Below, piece by piece: positions 26,669 to 42,089 of a stretch of DNA of 64,000 nucleotides (position 1 is the first letter of the stretch; every line of letters begins with the position of its first letter). The notes beneath the pieces were generated by a model that was given only the letters and a program-made list of their open reading frames with translations, had not been told where the DNA came from and did no database searches. A program made the position numbers and the translations under genes. Source of the stretch: Chrysomallon squamiferum. Taxonomy: Eukaryota; Animalia; Mollusca. The DNA lies in the NCBI GenBank assembly GCA_012295275.1, contig CM022669.1:18228001-18292000 (forward strand). Reading direction: 5' to 3'.

Positions 26669-27371
26669 ATATCGATAAGTCGAGATATTGCAGAATATGA
26701 TACAATTTCTCCATTACTGATTTACAAACTTGTTGTAATTCATCCATCAAAAACCGAATGCATAGATCCAAACCAAACCATCCAACCATCCATTCATCTC
26801 TTTTTACCAATCTACCTGATTTAAAATTATTTTTTAAATTTTTTTCTTTAACTCAAGTAAAACACTCTTTCCCCGACAGTTTTTATGATTTTAATTTTTA
26901 TATATATATATATATCAGTATAACAAGAGTTTCTTCAAAAAAAAAAAAAACATTTCACCTCGCGTGCTTGCTGTTCACCGTTACACGTAACGGAGCGTAA
27001 CCCGTGATCGTGACTCCGCGGTGTAACATCATCACGTCTGTTAATATAATTAATCAAATATTGATGTAATTTAGCCAAGAGAAAATATTAATTCCGTCTA
27101 AATGTTTAGTGCCGATGGTGCGTTGTTTGATATGAAAATAATGAAAGTACATTTTTGTTTCCACGTGTACATAAACTCGACATGCATGGGAAACGGTGTT
27201 TGAACTGAAATGAGACATAAAAGCGAACTAAGTGAAGCGTGTCCAGAAGAAAACAATTATTGAAAATAATAATGTTTTCATTTGTGTGTCAGTCGGAAAT
27301 TATGATATTTGAAATGGAGTATAATTAATTTAGGATGTGTCTTTTAATTTAGAGTAAAACATTACTACTAT

Positions 27372-27427
<56 letters not shown>

Positions 27428-28564
27428 TTACTACTACTACTACTAATAATAATAATATGAAGAAGAAGAAGAAGAAGAAGACGAGGAAAAAGAAGAAGGT
27501 AAACAAGCAATAATAATAATTTAAAAAGAAAATGATTTACCATCCGTCTGTACATTGAAAAGACATAATAAAAATGTCACCAATTTTCTGATATTGTAAT
27601 AATAAACAAAAATAAGAAACATTTAATTTGAAGAAACGAACGATCGAACAAACAAACAAACGAATAACTAACTAACTAACTAACTAACTAAATCAATAAA
27701 TAATAATTTAAAAAAAATGTTTGTGAGTAAGTAAATAATAGAAGAGATTTTGTTATAATTCTAAAATATAAATTAGTAAACGAACAAAAAAAAAAAAAAA
27801 AAAAAAAAAATAAATAAAAATAATAATAAAAAGAAATACTGGGGAATAAAAGAGACACAGCACACAAACAAGAACAAATAAAACAAAAAGAAACAATTTA
27901 TATAAGAAGAGGTCTATATAAAAATATTAGCTTGCAAAAGATCTGACCATATTAAAAATATAATTATAATGTTCATTTCATACATATTAATCTTTATTTT
28001 CTGTTATTTATTTATTTATTTATTTATTTTTTGATAAAGAATCCAAAATGTAATTTACAATTTTTTTTACCAAAATTGTATTCTAATAATATTTTTATGC
28101 TGGAGGAAATATGTCGATATCTTGTGATTGAGAGGAATCAAAATATTACGGAAGGATGATATTATGGAAAGGACGAACATCTTTTCGAAAAAAAAATTAT
28201 CGATAGAAGAAAAAGCAATTTTTGAGGTTTTTCTTTTCGACATTTTCTATTAATCTTTTGAGACTAAAAATATCTAAATGCATTTCATATCGTTTTTTTT
28301 CTTCTTTTCTTTCTTTTGTACAAATTATTGACAGTTTGTCACCTACTTTTCGATTCTTTCCATCAACGTCAAATGAAAATAAATTTAATAGAATTTATAA
28401 TACAGCTTACTGTAATCTGTTAAGAAAAAACATGTTTTCACACATTTTGATTTGATATATTTTTTGTCATTCAAAAATAACATTTTCTATATTTGTGCAG
28501 GTTGTGGCAGATGAAAAATAGAGGAATTACTGAAATCCCTTGTGGATTAAAGATTAAAGATTAA

Positions 28565-28603
<39 letters not shown>

Positions 28604-30927
28604 TAAAATAATAATAATAGAAATAACAACAGTAATAATAATAATAATAATAATAACAATAATAATAATAATAATAACAATAAGTAACAATAATGATAGT
28701 AATAGCAGCAACATCAGCAGCAACAACTACAACAACAACAATAATAATAAACAATAGCAACAACAGCTTCACAAGCAGCAGCAGCAACAACAACAACAAC
28801 AACAACAATAATAATACATATAATAATAATAGAAATAACAATCATAATAATAATAAATTAAATTTAAAACTTAAAAGAAATATAGAAAATAAAAATAAAT
28901 AAATTTAATAACAAATAAAATTTAAAAAAAAAAAAAAAATAATAATAAAAACAACAAAAAAAAAAAGAAAAAAAAAAGAAAGAAACAAAAACACTTTAAA
29001 CTAAACAAAATTTCATTTGCTGTCGCAGATGTTGTTATTAGGGATCATTAGTTTAAGAAATATTTAGTTATTCGTTTTATACATATTTTAAATAGTCTTA
29101 GCTTTTGAAAGACTATAGACTGTAAACAAGTGAGAGTTTTTATCTATTTAAATTAATTTATAGTGATAGATTTCATACAAATACTATTTACTACTCTTAA
29201 ATTATATAAATTAATTAATAATATTTTAATCAAAACCGTTCTTTAATATTTCGAACATCATGACATTATTTCATTTAAATTTTATCTTTTTTTTTTTTTT
29301 TTTTATATTTAAATAAATATACCCGTGGATGAACGAACGAATAAGTATAAATCATTAAGTCTTTCTGTCACGACGTTATTTTTATACTGGAAATGTTATT
29401 TTCTGTAATTAAAGACAAAGTCAAGAAAAGGGAGAAGAGAAACCTCGGTCCCAATTTGTAGCCGATGAAATCTGACCAATGAAATTCATCTCGTGCATCA
29501 GCCGCACAAACCGTCGCGTTTCCGGCAAGTGGAGAAGATATCAATCACTCCGCCAGTCGGCCAGTTATTATCTAATGGAACATAAACCACAAAAATCAAA
29601 TGTGCGTGTCTTTTGCTTCCGTGCTACTAATTTTTTTGTGGTTTTTCGTTTAATGGCGTCCACGACAAAAACAAACTTAATTACTACATCGGACCACTGC
29701 AGCAGACGACATCAACAAAATGCGCGCGCGCGCGTAGTCGGGGCTACGAGGTAAACCGCCGCCATGAAAATTTCATTAGCAAAAACCTGACCCTGTTCTC
29801 CGCATTCTCCTAAATTACAAGGCTAATTTCAGACGTAATCATCAATGATAATGAAGATGATTTTTTTCGGCACAAGCTTCCTTTTATCGTCCAGAAAAAG
29901 TTAAACCTAAAGGTCAAAGCGTTTGCGACGTTCGCGTCCCGTAAACTGGCATAGCGTTTTTTTTTTTTTTTTATCATTTTGTAAATGGGGCTGTGGTTCG
30001 CTAAAATAGAAAAGATATGTTTGTATGGAAAAGGGGAATAAATTTTTATTTTTATTTTTATTTTTTATTTTATTTTTTTTTTAAAGTTGATAAGAGATTG
30101 AAGTATTTTGTTTTTTGTTTTAAAAATTTTATTGCTGCGTTCTTTTGTATTGGATGTTATAGGAGAAACTGATAAGATATTGAATATCTTTTTTTTTTGT
30201 TTGTTTTGTACTTATATTTTATTTAAAAAAAAATGTTTCATTGACAATGTCGTTCGATATTGATGATGATGTTTATAACATATTTTGAACAACAACAACA
30301 ATTCTGTCCAGAACATTAAAACAGTAATTATTATTAATAGTTTAGATAATGGTGGTAGCTCCAATAACATATTTTAAACAACAACCACAACAGGGCTTTA
30401 GTAATAGTAGTAGTAGTAGTCGACATCGTCGTCGTCGTAATCGTCGTCATTATAATAAATAATAATAATAATAATACCAATACTACTGCTATTACTACTA
30501 CTACGACAACAGTTACAACTACTACTACTGTTACTACCACCACTGATAAAACTACTACTATGAACATTTCTACTACCACTACTCCTAATATCAGTTTAGT
30601 ATTTTATTAAAAATGCTTGTTAAATTAACAGTTGTCAGTTAACTTTTATTACAATAATTAATTTGTAGCGTCTTTCCGCGGCTAAAATGATCCTGCTCAA
30701 GATATATAAAAAAAATAATAATAATAAAAATAATAAAAAAAATAATAATAAAAAACAAAACAATAAAATAAATAAATAAATAAAATAAACGAAAAACAAA
30801 ATAATAAAATAAAAGTAATATATATATATACACTAACATTTACTACTTCTCGCATCCAATATTAAGAATTAAAAAATCTATTACATAATATATTGAGATA
30901 AAAAAAATAATAATAATAATAGGTAAA

Positions 30928-30973
<46 letters not shown>

Positions 30974-31514
30974 TAAAAGAAAAAACAAATAAATAAAAAA
31001 AACCTCTCTCTTACAGCGCATCTTGACCCGGCCTCAGGTCTACGTGCAAGAAAGGAGACAAATAAAAAAACACAGAATAAAAAAAAAAGGCGGGAAGCAT
31101 TGCTGCGGCAGACGATACGAAGATCCTAAACACATGTGTTTTACACATCCTTTTATCTCTCTCTCGTCATTAGCGGCATCACGTGTTTCGTTTAATTGCA
31201 TGTTTGATGCATGAGCTTCCTTGCATGCTTATCACTGGCGGATGTCGGTTGCAGACGTCCTAATCTTTGATCTTCTCTCTCACCTTCAAATGTACGAGAG
31301 GTTTTCGTGGCAAGAAACTTTATTTTACTGAGGGCGTAGTGTCTAGTCGACCTTGTCTGAAACGTGGCACTGGCGGGGATCACGTTTGTAGCACACAGAC
31401 ACACACACAGACACACATTATTATTATTATTTATTTATTTATTTATTTTATTATTTATTAGTATTTTTTTTATTTCATTATTTTATTTATGTATTTATTT
31501 CATTATTTTAATTT

Positions 31515-31548
<34 letters not shown>

Positions 31549-31887
31549 GTATCGCAATAATTATTTTTTTTTTTTTTTTTTTTTTTAAAATACAAGATTA
31601 TTCTGAAAGTTACATAAACCAAAACGATGTACAACCTCCTTTTAAAAGACTGGGTCCGGCCCCACTTAATGTAGATTATCTTTCACTTTCTCTTGTTACC
31701 GTCTTTGATCGTAGTTTAAAGGGACTGTATATGTCAGCTGGGAAGAGTTTCAGAATCAACATTTTCTTCTGTGTTTAATCTTATATGTTTATAAAACATA
31801 GGCAAATTAGACATGTGTATGTTCATGTGTTTTTGTGTGTGTGTTTTACATAATTATACCCATACCCATATGTATGTACATTTGTAT

Positions 31888-31969
<82 letters not shown>

Positions 31970-32188
31970 ACAACAATAACTGCTAATAAATGAATGTTTT
32001 TTTTTTCTTAATATGGGGCTTTAGAGGAAATTAAATAACATGTGAAGGCAGCTTCAGTTTTATTTTATAAACATATAACTCAGAAAGACAACAGACTGAA
32101 TAACATAAAACATTTAACAAAATATTCCTATATATTTTATTTTGACACATTACACGGGCAGTTCCAGGTTATCAAAAAAAAAAAAAAA

Positions 32189-32221
<33 letters not shown>

Positions 32222-32328
32222 AAAAAAATAATAATAATAATAATAAAAACATCGACCTTTTAAAATTGGAGAAGGGTAGTCGCTTTTGCACTCATTATAT
32301 TCGGTTATTATAATTCGTTTTATTGTTG

Positions 32329-32365
<37 letters not shown>

Positions 32366-32403
32366 GATTATTATTATCATCACTATATCATCAGTATTGT
32401 TTC

Positions 32404-32434
<31 letters not shown>

Positions 32435-33317
32435 GTATAATGTTTTTATGTATAACAGGTTTCAGTGAAGCCACATTCAACTGGAGTCTTGCGTTTCACG
32501 GGTTAATGAACAAGTGACAACAGATCTTCACACCTATTATTACGTCGTTTCAGTCAACGCCAGCATGCACGACGTCGACAGACACAGTGTGGCCGTTTAA
32601 TTAACACTTGTCTAACACATGATATTAAATAATAACATTGATACGAGACGTCGTGAATGCCATTCACGTCGCAGTAGTAGGTAGCGTACTGTTTTTTTTG
32701 CTTTTTTGTAAAACTCCGCTGACATTTTAGACCTCGTATCAGACATGTCCTATACATTTTTTTTTTTTTTAAATTAAAATTTTGTGTGTAATATTAGATG
32801 TATTAGATGATGATGATGATAGTAGTAGTAGTAGTAGTTATAGTAGTAAAAGTAATAATGATAATAATAATATTAATAATGGTGAAAATAATAATAATAA
32901 TAATATTAATGATAATCATAATAATAATCATAGAGAGATAATGATCATAATAATATTAATACTAGTGAAAATAATAATAATAATATTAATGATAATAATA
33001 ATAATCATAGAGAGATGATTATGATAATAACAATAACAATATATCAGTAACAATAATAACAATAACAACAACAACAATAATAATAACAATATCAAGAACA
33101 ATAATAATAGCAACAAGAACAAAAACAAGAACAACAACAATAATTGTATAAAATAATAAAACGTTGATAACAACAAAAACGAAGAAACTTATATCATCTA
33201 CCAGCGGCAAAATATTTTATTTAAAATGACTCTCGGTTCTCTAGACATTTTTTAACACTCTGCTAATAAAAATAATTTAATATGCTTTGTATTACTGTCT
33301 TGTCAGTTTCTTGGATG

Positions 33318-33356
<39 letters not shown>

Positions 33357-33372
33357 TTCTTTGTGTAGAATA

Positions 33373-33404
<32 letters not shown>

Positions 33405-33694
33405 GGATAAGATGAGCTGAAATATCTGGTTTCATTTTATAATTAAAATGTCTCTATCAGTGGTACGGCCTTATCATTCATTATGTGATATTATCCGTTC
33501 CGCTGTCGCAACGTCAAGTGAAGAGAAAGGAACAGGAACATGGTACAAGCTGTAGGTGATGTGATACTAGTGGTAAACTTCGTGTGAACTGACTGAAGAC
33601 AAATAATGTGAGAATCAAAACAGACGGACAGACAGACAAGTGGGAGAGAGGATAATGAAACGAAAGGTTAGTACACGATTTATGGAGTTACAAG

Positions 33695-33796
<102 letters not shown>

Positions 33797-34961
33797 CGTC
33801 AGTCTCTGTATGTTTCACTGTCGCTATCTCTGTCTCTCTCTCTCTCTCTGGAAGCACCCCCACACACATAAATACTATATTTTGCTTTCTCTCTCTCTTT
33901 TACTCCCACATTCTTTTTCTCTCGCTATATCTATCTCGCTTGCTCACAAATTCTCATTTCAGACAGACAGAGAGACCTTAATAAAACAAACAAGCGAAAC
34001 ATCTGATTAAATAGGATGATTTTTATTTATTTAATTTGTCTGTAAAAAGGTTTCGATTTTTGTCTTTTATTTGTTAAATATATTTTCTTCTTCCTCATCT
34101 GCTATTGCTGCAGTCAGTCTGAATCAAGTAAGTCAAACCAAAACTGGTTTCAGAGACATTTTAGAAAACCATTCTAAGTATCGTTGTTTAAAACCAAAAC
34201 TTCTTCAACCAAAATTCTACAATAGGCCATCAGACAATATATTCTCAATATAACTTTCCTTATCTACGTAAAACATTAACAAAAATTATTTAAAAAAAAA
34301 ATTATTTTCTCCAAACTTTAAATGCTCAAAGACAGAAGAATATACTATAATATAAATACTTCTGCCTTCTAATAAAATTCTTAAGTGACGAAGAAAACAT
34401 TTGATATAAATTAATATCAGAGCAGTAAGTTTCAAACTGTCCTCTTCACCCGGTTTCTAACGCAGACTTTTAAGTGATCTTAGAAACGCCCGTACTGCGA
34501 TACAAAATGCACTGTTCGATTCCATTTGCACAACTGCTGTCAGATAAAATCCTAATGGTCGACGAATCCTGCCTATCTGCAATGTAATTGGCGGTATTTC
34601 ATGCACGTTCAAGCCGCGTGACATTTCGCTGAACGCGGAGCTTAAAGTTGCCGTATATACATCAAACTGTGACACGAGGGAGTGGGGGTCTTCACTCCCC
34701 ATTAGCCTCTGCTGAGCAGCTTGCTACTCGTGTTGAATGGGAAGTATTTAAAGAAAATCAAGAGACTGGATGAATGCATGTGTTTTTTGTGTTTTTTTTT
34801 TAACTCTCTCTGATACATTAATTTATTCTTTTTTTTTTTTTTTTTGTTCCTTTCCACTGAATTTTGATGTCTGCCAAGAGACGACCCCTGAATTTAATGA
34901 ATTTTAATGTTTTAGCAAGTAATGAATGACTCTGTTGTTGTAAAAAGCTTTCGTTTTTTCG

Positions 34962-35074
<113 letters not shown>

Positions 35075-35351
35075 GTAGGCTTATTAATCATTTAATAGAA
35101 GTAATAATCAGAACGAAATAAAGTGAGATAAAGTATTCTAAATGTTTTGGTTAAATTGAAAGAGGTATAAACAGACATAAAATGTATTCTATAAAAAAAA
35201 AAAAAGAGAGACAAAGAGAGAAAATATATAAAGAGATAAAAACCGAGAGGATACGAAAGAAAGAAAATAGAAATAGATAGTAGACAGACGGAAAGATAAA
35301 TAGACAGTCAGACAGATAGATAAACAGACAGATAGATAGATAGATAGATAG

Positions 35352-35390
<39 letters not shown>

Positions 35391-35454
35391 AAAGAAAGAA
35401 ATAAATGGACAGAGTGCTAGACAGGGCTAGAGAAAAAAATAATGCGAAAAAGCA

Positions 35455-35551
<97 letters not shown>

Positions 35552-36499
35552 TGCGGTTGGATAAAGACAGTCAATGCGCACACAGATATTGTTTGGTATT
35601 TGCTTGTGACAAGTTATTTCTTGTTATTTTTTATTCTTATGACGTATTTACATATAAACTCATTTTCATAATTTACACTGACATCTGGCAAAACTGAGTT
35701 CAGATGTGGTCAAGTGAAATGTAGAAATTTTATGACTCAGAAGCCACAAAAACTGTTTCTTTATTGTTGCGGTCTCTAATTAATCGCGTACTGACCACCA
35801 AAATGAGTCACCATCAGTGTCCAAAACCTTCTTCTTTTTTTTTTTTCTTTTTTTGACGTCTGTGGACAAAAGATACCAAATGCTACTTTCTAAAAGAATT
35901 TAAAAAAATGTCGATTTGATTGCCTTGGCGTGGAAGAAGAATTATGGCGCACACGAGTGACCAATTAGCGATGAGACGTAGAAAGTTGTAAAGAAAGTAG
36001 TTTTTGTCACTTTTATTATTAATTTTTTTTCTCTCTCTCTCGCATCCATTTCTCAGCTTGATAGCTGCAGTTTTGTCAAGAAGATTTATCACTCACAGGA
36101 CTGACCAATTACCGGCATGTACAACTAGCTAATGATTGTAAAGAAACTTTTTACTACTATCGTTTTTTTTTCATTTATTTATAATTTATTTGATTTTTTT
36201 CTTTTCCCCATTCGTCCATTGATTAAAAATATGTCATGAGACTTTTTTTTTATTTCTGGTTACAAACAAGACTTTGATAATTTGATTTATTATTGGTGAC
36301 TGAACTCGAGGCATGACGAGTTTTTCTCATTAACGGGTCCTGTTAATTACCGTCAAGAGCCATTCGGCCGCTCCCAAAAGAATTTCGTTTAACTGCTATT
36401 CTCAACATGGATTCCAACAATAAAAATGTCATACGAAAAAAAAAAAAAAAAAAAAAATTCTCTCTGTAATTTGTTCTCGCCTGCTCATGTTTAACCTGC

Positions 36500-36637
36500 A
36501 AAAGTTTCGAAATTACTTAGAGCAAAAATTAAGTAATCTGGAAAACTTTGAAGTATTTAGAGCTAAACATTAAGCAACCTCGGAAACTTTGAAGTTTTCA
36601 GAGCAAGAATTAAGTAACATCGATAAATTTGATACAT
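36500..36637. repeat. 40-41-bp degenerate tandem repeat, ~3.4 units
   Basis: AGAGC...ATTAAG(T/C)AA...AAA(C)TTTGA repeated three times. Confidence 0.85.
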
Positions 36638-37522
36638 GTCGATTGTATTACTTTATATATTTATAGATTAATATATAACTTTATTCACATAATAATAAAA
36701 TTACAATTTAAAATAAATTAAGATATTTATTACAGGAAGGTGAAAAATCTGTCAGTAACAAAATGAACATTAAATAAATATTATTACAAAGTACGGTAAA
36801 ATATTTCTTGCTACATATCAGTTTCTTATTTTGAAGATTAAAATAAAGTCTTTCCTTCTGAATAAATATTTTTCAGCGGCAGATATAAAATTATAACATA
36901 AAATTACAAGAAAAGTATTCTTGATGAATGTTATAAAGTCCTCTCCTTACAGAATGAAAAGTTATTTTAAAATAGAACATGCAAATATTACTAAAACCTT
37001 ATAATAAAAAATTATAAAGGTATTTTAATACATTTAACAAAATTTATATTTAACCATTAAGTGACATTAATAAAACTTTTAGCTAAATAATTTATTTAAT
37101 GTTTTATGGAATTATAAATATGCAAGTTTAAGGATTTCTTTTCGATTTGACGAGTAAATTTTTATTTCAGAACTTCTGATTAAAACTGTCGTCGTTATTT
37201 TATTTTAGTTGTTAGTTCCAGTTTAATACATTAATAGTAATAACAGTAGTGGAGATAATGATAAAATTTGCATCAATAATAAATAAAACAGAAACATTTT
37301 TACTAATAATTCTTCTTCTTTTTTTCATCATCATTATCATCATCATTAACGAAAACAATAATTATTTGAAGCATGGAAATATTTTTTTGTGGAATGATTT
37401 AGCTTTTCATTATTTTACAAAACTGGATAATTTAATTTTAATCCCTTATGTAGATAATTTTTGAATATTTATAGTTATTTCATTATTTTATTTTATTTTA
37501 TTTTATTCTATTCCTTTCCATT

Positions 37523-37557
<35 letters not shown>

Positions 37558-38670
37558 TGTATTTTTATTGTTGTTTTGTTCTAGTTAATTTAAATTCATT
37601 AACTCGTTTGTTTTTTCTTAAACATAAAAGTTGACCGAAAACATTAAAAAATAAATTTCATGTAAGAAATTCAGTCTGAGATGAATAAAGTGAAAAATTA
37701 AAGAACAAACAAAAAACAATTTAAAAAAGCCAAACAACTTAAAACAATAGTAACAAAAGAACGAAAAAAATAAATAATAACCTGAAATAATTAAAAATAA
37801 ATAAATAAAAATAAAAATAAATTAAAACAACAAAAATAAAATAAAATTAAACAATATAATAATAATAATAATAATAATAGTAATAATAACGTTACCATAA
37901 TAACAACAGCAACAAAAACAATAACAACAGCAATGATCATAATGATATCTCTTTCCCTCTCTTTATTTATTTATTTATTTTATTTTTATTGCATATAATT
38001 TTTAATAGCCAGTTTTAACAACCCATGCATACCACAGTTTAAAACTAAAATACATTTACAAGCCAACAGAAATCGTTCTTTGTTGATTTATGTTTGAGAA
38101 AATCATAGATAAAAATTATTAATATTATCATACGCGTTTCGGTTGTTATTTTTACTCTTTTTTAATTTCATAGTCGATGACAATATCGATTCTATTTTAC
38201 ATTACTCATTTTCGTTATTACTCTCTCAAAAGCATTCCGATGTCTGTAAAACTCGTAAATAAAGAATTTTTACAAATCTTTCCTTTGTATGTAAGTGATC
38301 TACGATCTACTGTTTGGGGTCTCGTGACGAAAGGAGGAATTAACCAAAAGAAAACACGTTCCGGCTCGCTTGCGTAATGCATGTTATTTGTAATAGAAAA
38401 TGTCGTTCTTTGACAAGTGACGTACATCTGAAACGGTGTATATCATGAAGGGTTAAAATGGTTCATGGCCAGGGTTACGACTTGCAAAACATAAAATTAT
38501 TAAAGGGGTACTGTCGTCATCTTTTTAGTGCTGGTAAAAAGTATGTGTTATATATCTGATGCGAAGAATAAATTTAAAAAAGTGATTTCGTAAAAAAATA
38601 TTGATATATCAGAAGTCAAAATATCTTAGTGTTATGGTTTTAAACGATTTATTTAATTTATTTTTAACTT

Positions 38671-38781
<111 letters not shown>

Positions 38782-39959
38782 TGTCTCATCCATAATGTCT
38801 AATTTAAGAAAGAAAGAAAACAAAACAAAACAAATGGCCATCGAAAGCAATTTATTAAAGAATCACTTTTAAAAGATATTTATTTCTTCTTTACAACTCG
38901 GGCTGTTTGGTGAACGCCGTGAAACCAGTTCTTTGAAGAAGGGAAAAAGTCAACACAAGGCGATTAACGGAAGACTCGGATTTTAATGAAGGGTAGCCAT
39001 AGAATCGCTTGCAGTGACGAACACGTCACGTAATTCTCGCAACAAAGTTTACAAAATTCAGCGTGGTTATGCGTAGGTCAACAACTTTTCGTCAGCGCCG
39101 AGGAATCACGTTTGACCAATTAGCCACATTTGCATTATGAAGTACCGCGAAGAACCGCGCTGTTCCCTAAACGACCGCCTGTCCACCATAGCCCGAACTG
39201 TCAGAGAGCAATCAACCTCGTCGCTCCTGAGCCAATAACTGTCTCGTTTCTTTGACATTCCAGTGTTTTTCTGTCAGATTTATGTTCGTCAATTTGCGGC
39301 AATTATATTTACTTTCATGTCCTCCTAACAGAGGTCGCTGTGACTCAGACAACTCTGTTAACAATTATTACAGGAGAGAAATAACAGTTTCTAAAAATTA
39401 TCGTTCGTTTATTTTCAAAAGAGAATTATTTGTTACGTTATTATTTTTTGTTTTTTCAGTTTTAATGGGTGTTTACATAATGTGTTCTTTATAATGTCAC
39501 ATCCGAATCCTCGTTTATGATTGCGTTAATGTTTCTAACTGATTGTCCTTTTTTGTTTATTTCCCATTTCGTTGTATTTTATTAAAAGAAAGACTTGTCC
39601 TGATACGATACAAATTAACGTCTCCTAGCGTTTCAATTTTTAATGTGTAAAAGAAAACTTTTCGAATGTTTAATCATTTTTAAAATAAAAAAATAAAAAA
39701 AATTATAACAAATGGCTTTCTTTCATCTTGAGAATTCATTAATATCAAAGAAATCATTTGTTTAAATAAAAGAACGCGATTTGTATAATACGTGTATGTC
39801 TATTATACGCTCCTTTGGAATTTGTGTATGTATAAAATTTTAAACCTTTCGTCTTTTTGTGACCAGTACCGTCTTCATGATAATAAAGAAGACCGTCATC
39901 ATCATAATCATCACCAACACCACCATTACCAGCCTTCATTATAATCATCATCATTTTCC

Positions 39960-40353
39960 AATATTATTATTACTGATATTATTATTTTGTTGTTGTTGTT
40001 GGTGTTATTGTTCTTCTTTTTATATAAAATACTGTTATTATTATTATTATTGTTAATATTGTTATTACTATTGTTGTTGTTGTTATTGTTGTTATTATTA
40101 TTGTTATTATTATTATTACTGATATTATTATTGTTAATATTATTATTACTATTTTTATTGTTATTGTTGTTACTATTATTATTAATGTTATTATTATTAT
40201 CATTATTTTTATTATCATTACAATTGTTGTTGTTGTTATTGTTGTTATTATTATTATTGCTATTATTATTATTATTACTGTTATTATTATTATGGTTAAT
40301 ATTATTATTACCATTTTTATTGTTATTGTTGTTACTACTACTACTACTACTAC

Positions 40354-40398
<45 letters not shown>

Positions 40399-40415
40399 CA
40401 TCATCATCATCATCA

Positions 40416-40505
<90 letters not shown>
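39960..40505. repeat. Long compound (ATT/GTT/ACT/ATC)n microsatellite with an internal ~155-bp higher-order duplication
   Basis: Direct inspection; source of the poly-Leu/poly-Ile ORFs. Confidence 0.9.
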
Positions 40506-40507
<2 letters not shown>

Positions 40508-41821
40508 CAGTGGAATTCACTTCAACGTTGGTCTTCTCCGGCAACCTTTTCGAGCCCTTCGGAGACTTCGTCGCGGTTTCAGAGACAAATAACAACACCG
40601 CCACGGCTATCAGGGGACCACGTGTTCGTGGTAGTCGTCAACTATCAAATGTCGTGACATTTAGACGTGCATGAATATGAAAATGAATATTAGACACTCT
40701 GTACAGTTCTCAGAGGATTTGTCAACAATCGTTCGACGCCTTCTGGCAAACACGGTGAACAGGAATACTGTACACACGTTCACAGAACAATCCCACAGTC
40801 TCCAGCTTCGAACCAGACCGTAATATCTCTAGAAAATATTTCAGCAGTGCAGTGTTTTTCTGTTATGACAAATGAAAAGAATCTTGTTTTGTTTCAGCAG
40901 TGTCATTTTATATTTATTTATTTTATTATTATTATTTTTTTTTTTACCACATCTGCAGTGTTTTGTGAATTTTATCAGCGTAGTCATTTCGACAGCGAGC
41001 ATCCAATAATTCGATTCATTTTTGTTATTTTTCAACGTAGATATTTTATTTGTTAAATTTCAATTCAAGACAATATATACACTTTTTAAAAATAAAAGCA
41101 TAAACGCAGAAACCACAACTTACACATTTACATACAACAACAAAGATAATTATATAGACACAGAGATATCGGAATATTTTAAAAAAAATTTATTTTAATT
41201 TGTAATAATGTTGTTTTTTTTTTTGTGTTTTTTTTATATATATATATCTTTCTTTCATCCATCCATTCATTATTATTATTCATTTCTCTCTTTCTTTCAT
41301 TCACATGAAAACAAATAGAAAAATATTTTTCACACGCTACATTCAGACGCGGAGAAGACTGAGGTAATCCGCAGTTCTGGTACAATACTTAGAGAATTAC
41401 TATTAATAAACTTGAGAAAAATAACTGTGGTGCGATATCATCAATTTCCGGTGTTACGTCTTAGCGAGGAAAACCAGTCAACCATGCTGCATGCAGATGT
41501 TTGCACCGAGCAGCAAGCGCGAGAATTCTGCGCGTGCACGTGAGAATGCATATTAAGGTGCAAAACGAAAAGGTGAAACAAGAAGAAGAAGAAGAAGAAG
41601 AAGAAGGAGGAAAAAACAGACGTTGTTTTGTATTTTGTAAGTCCTCGTTCGCCCGAAGTGCGGATCGAAGTCAAAATGTCAGTTGGTGAATTGGTTTCAG
41701 ACTGCGCTGTTGAAATGGAGAAATATAAACTGCATTAATAACTGATTTATGATTTAAAAAAAAAAAAAAATTAAAGTAAAATAAAAAAATTAAATTAATG
41801 ATTTTTGTTTAATAAATTATG

Positions 41822-41892
41822 TAATTTAAATAAATGCGTTTATTTGTAATTTAATAATTTAAATAAATGCGTTTATTTGTAATTTAATAATT
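41822..41892. repeat. Exact 33-bp tandem duplication
   Basis: TAATTTAAATAAATGCGTTTATTTGTAATTTAA twice. Confidence 0.92.
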
Positions 41893-42022
41893 CAATTATT
41901 TTGAAGTTTAATAGTTATATGAATTAATGATTTTTTTTTATTTGATTTTTTTTTTAGGTTGTAATTAAACCTCTATTGTCTGCCAAAGTGTTTGTGTTAG
42001 TGTGTTATAATGTTAGAACAGA

Positions 42023-42089
42023 TGTTGGTACTAGGACGCGAACCTTTGATCTTCTATCAGCATAACGATGGTTTAGTCGTTTCAGTTAC
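42023..42089 (-). mobile_element. Possible degenerate tRNA-derived SINE head or tRNA relic
   Basis: Minus strand GTAACTGAAACGACTAAA...GCTGATAGAAGATCAAAGGTTCGCGTCCT resembles eroded A and B boxes. Confidence 0.25.

Noticed and set aside
32652-32668. CGTGAATGCCATTCACG palindrome sharing GTGAATGCCA with miR-124
   Set aside because: Seed absent and no precursor hairpin.
34678-34699. GC-rich 9-bp hairpin resembling a Helitron 3' end or terminator
   Set aside because: No CTRR terminus at the expected distance and no U-tract.
38500-38520. TTAA-AGGGGTACTGTC (and TTAA-AGGGACTGTA at 31716) resembling Kolobok-type transposon ends
   Set aside because: No matching opposite terminus seen in the window; too short to support.
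40511-40674. Possible terminal coding exon (EFTSTLVFSGNLFEPFGDFVAVSE...)
   Set aside because: No recognisable homology, and the acceptor context is only an (ATT)n repeat.
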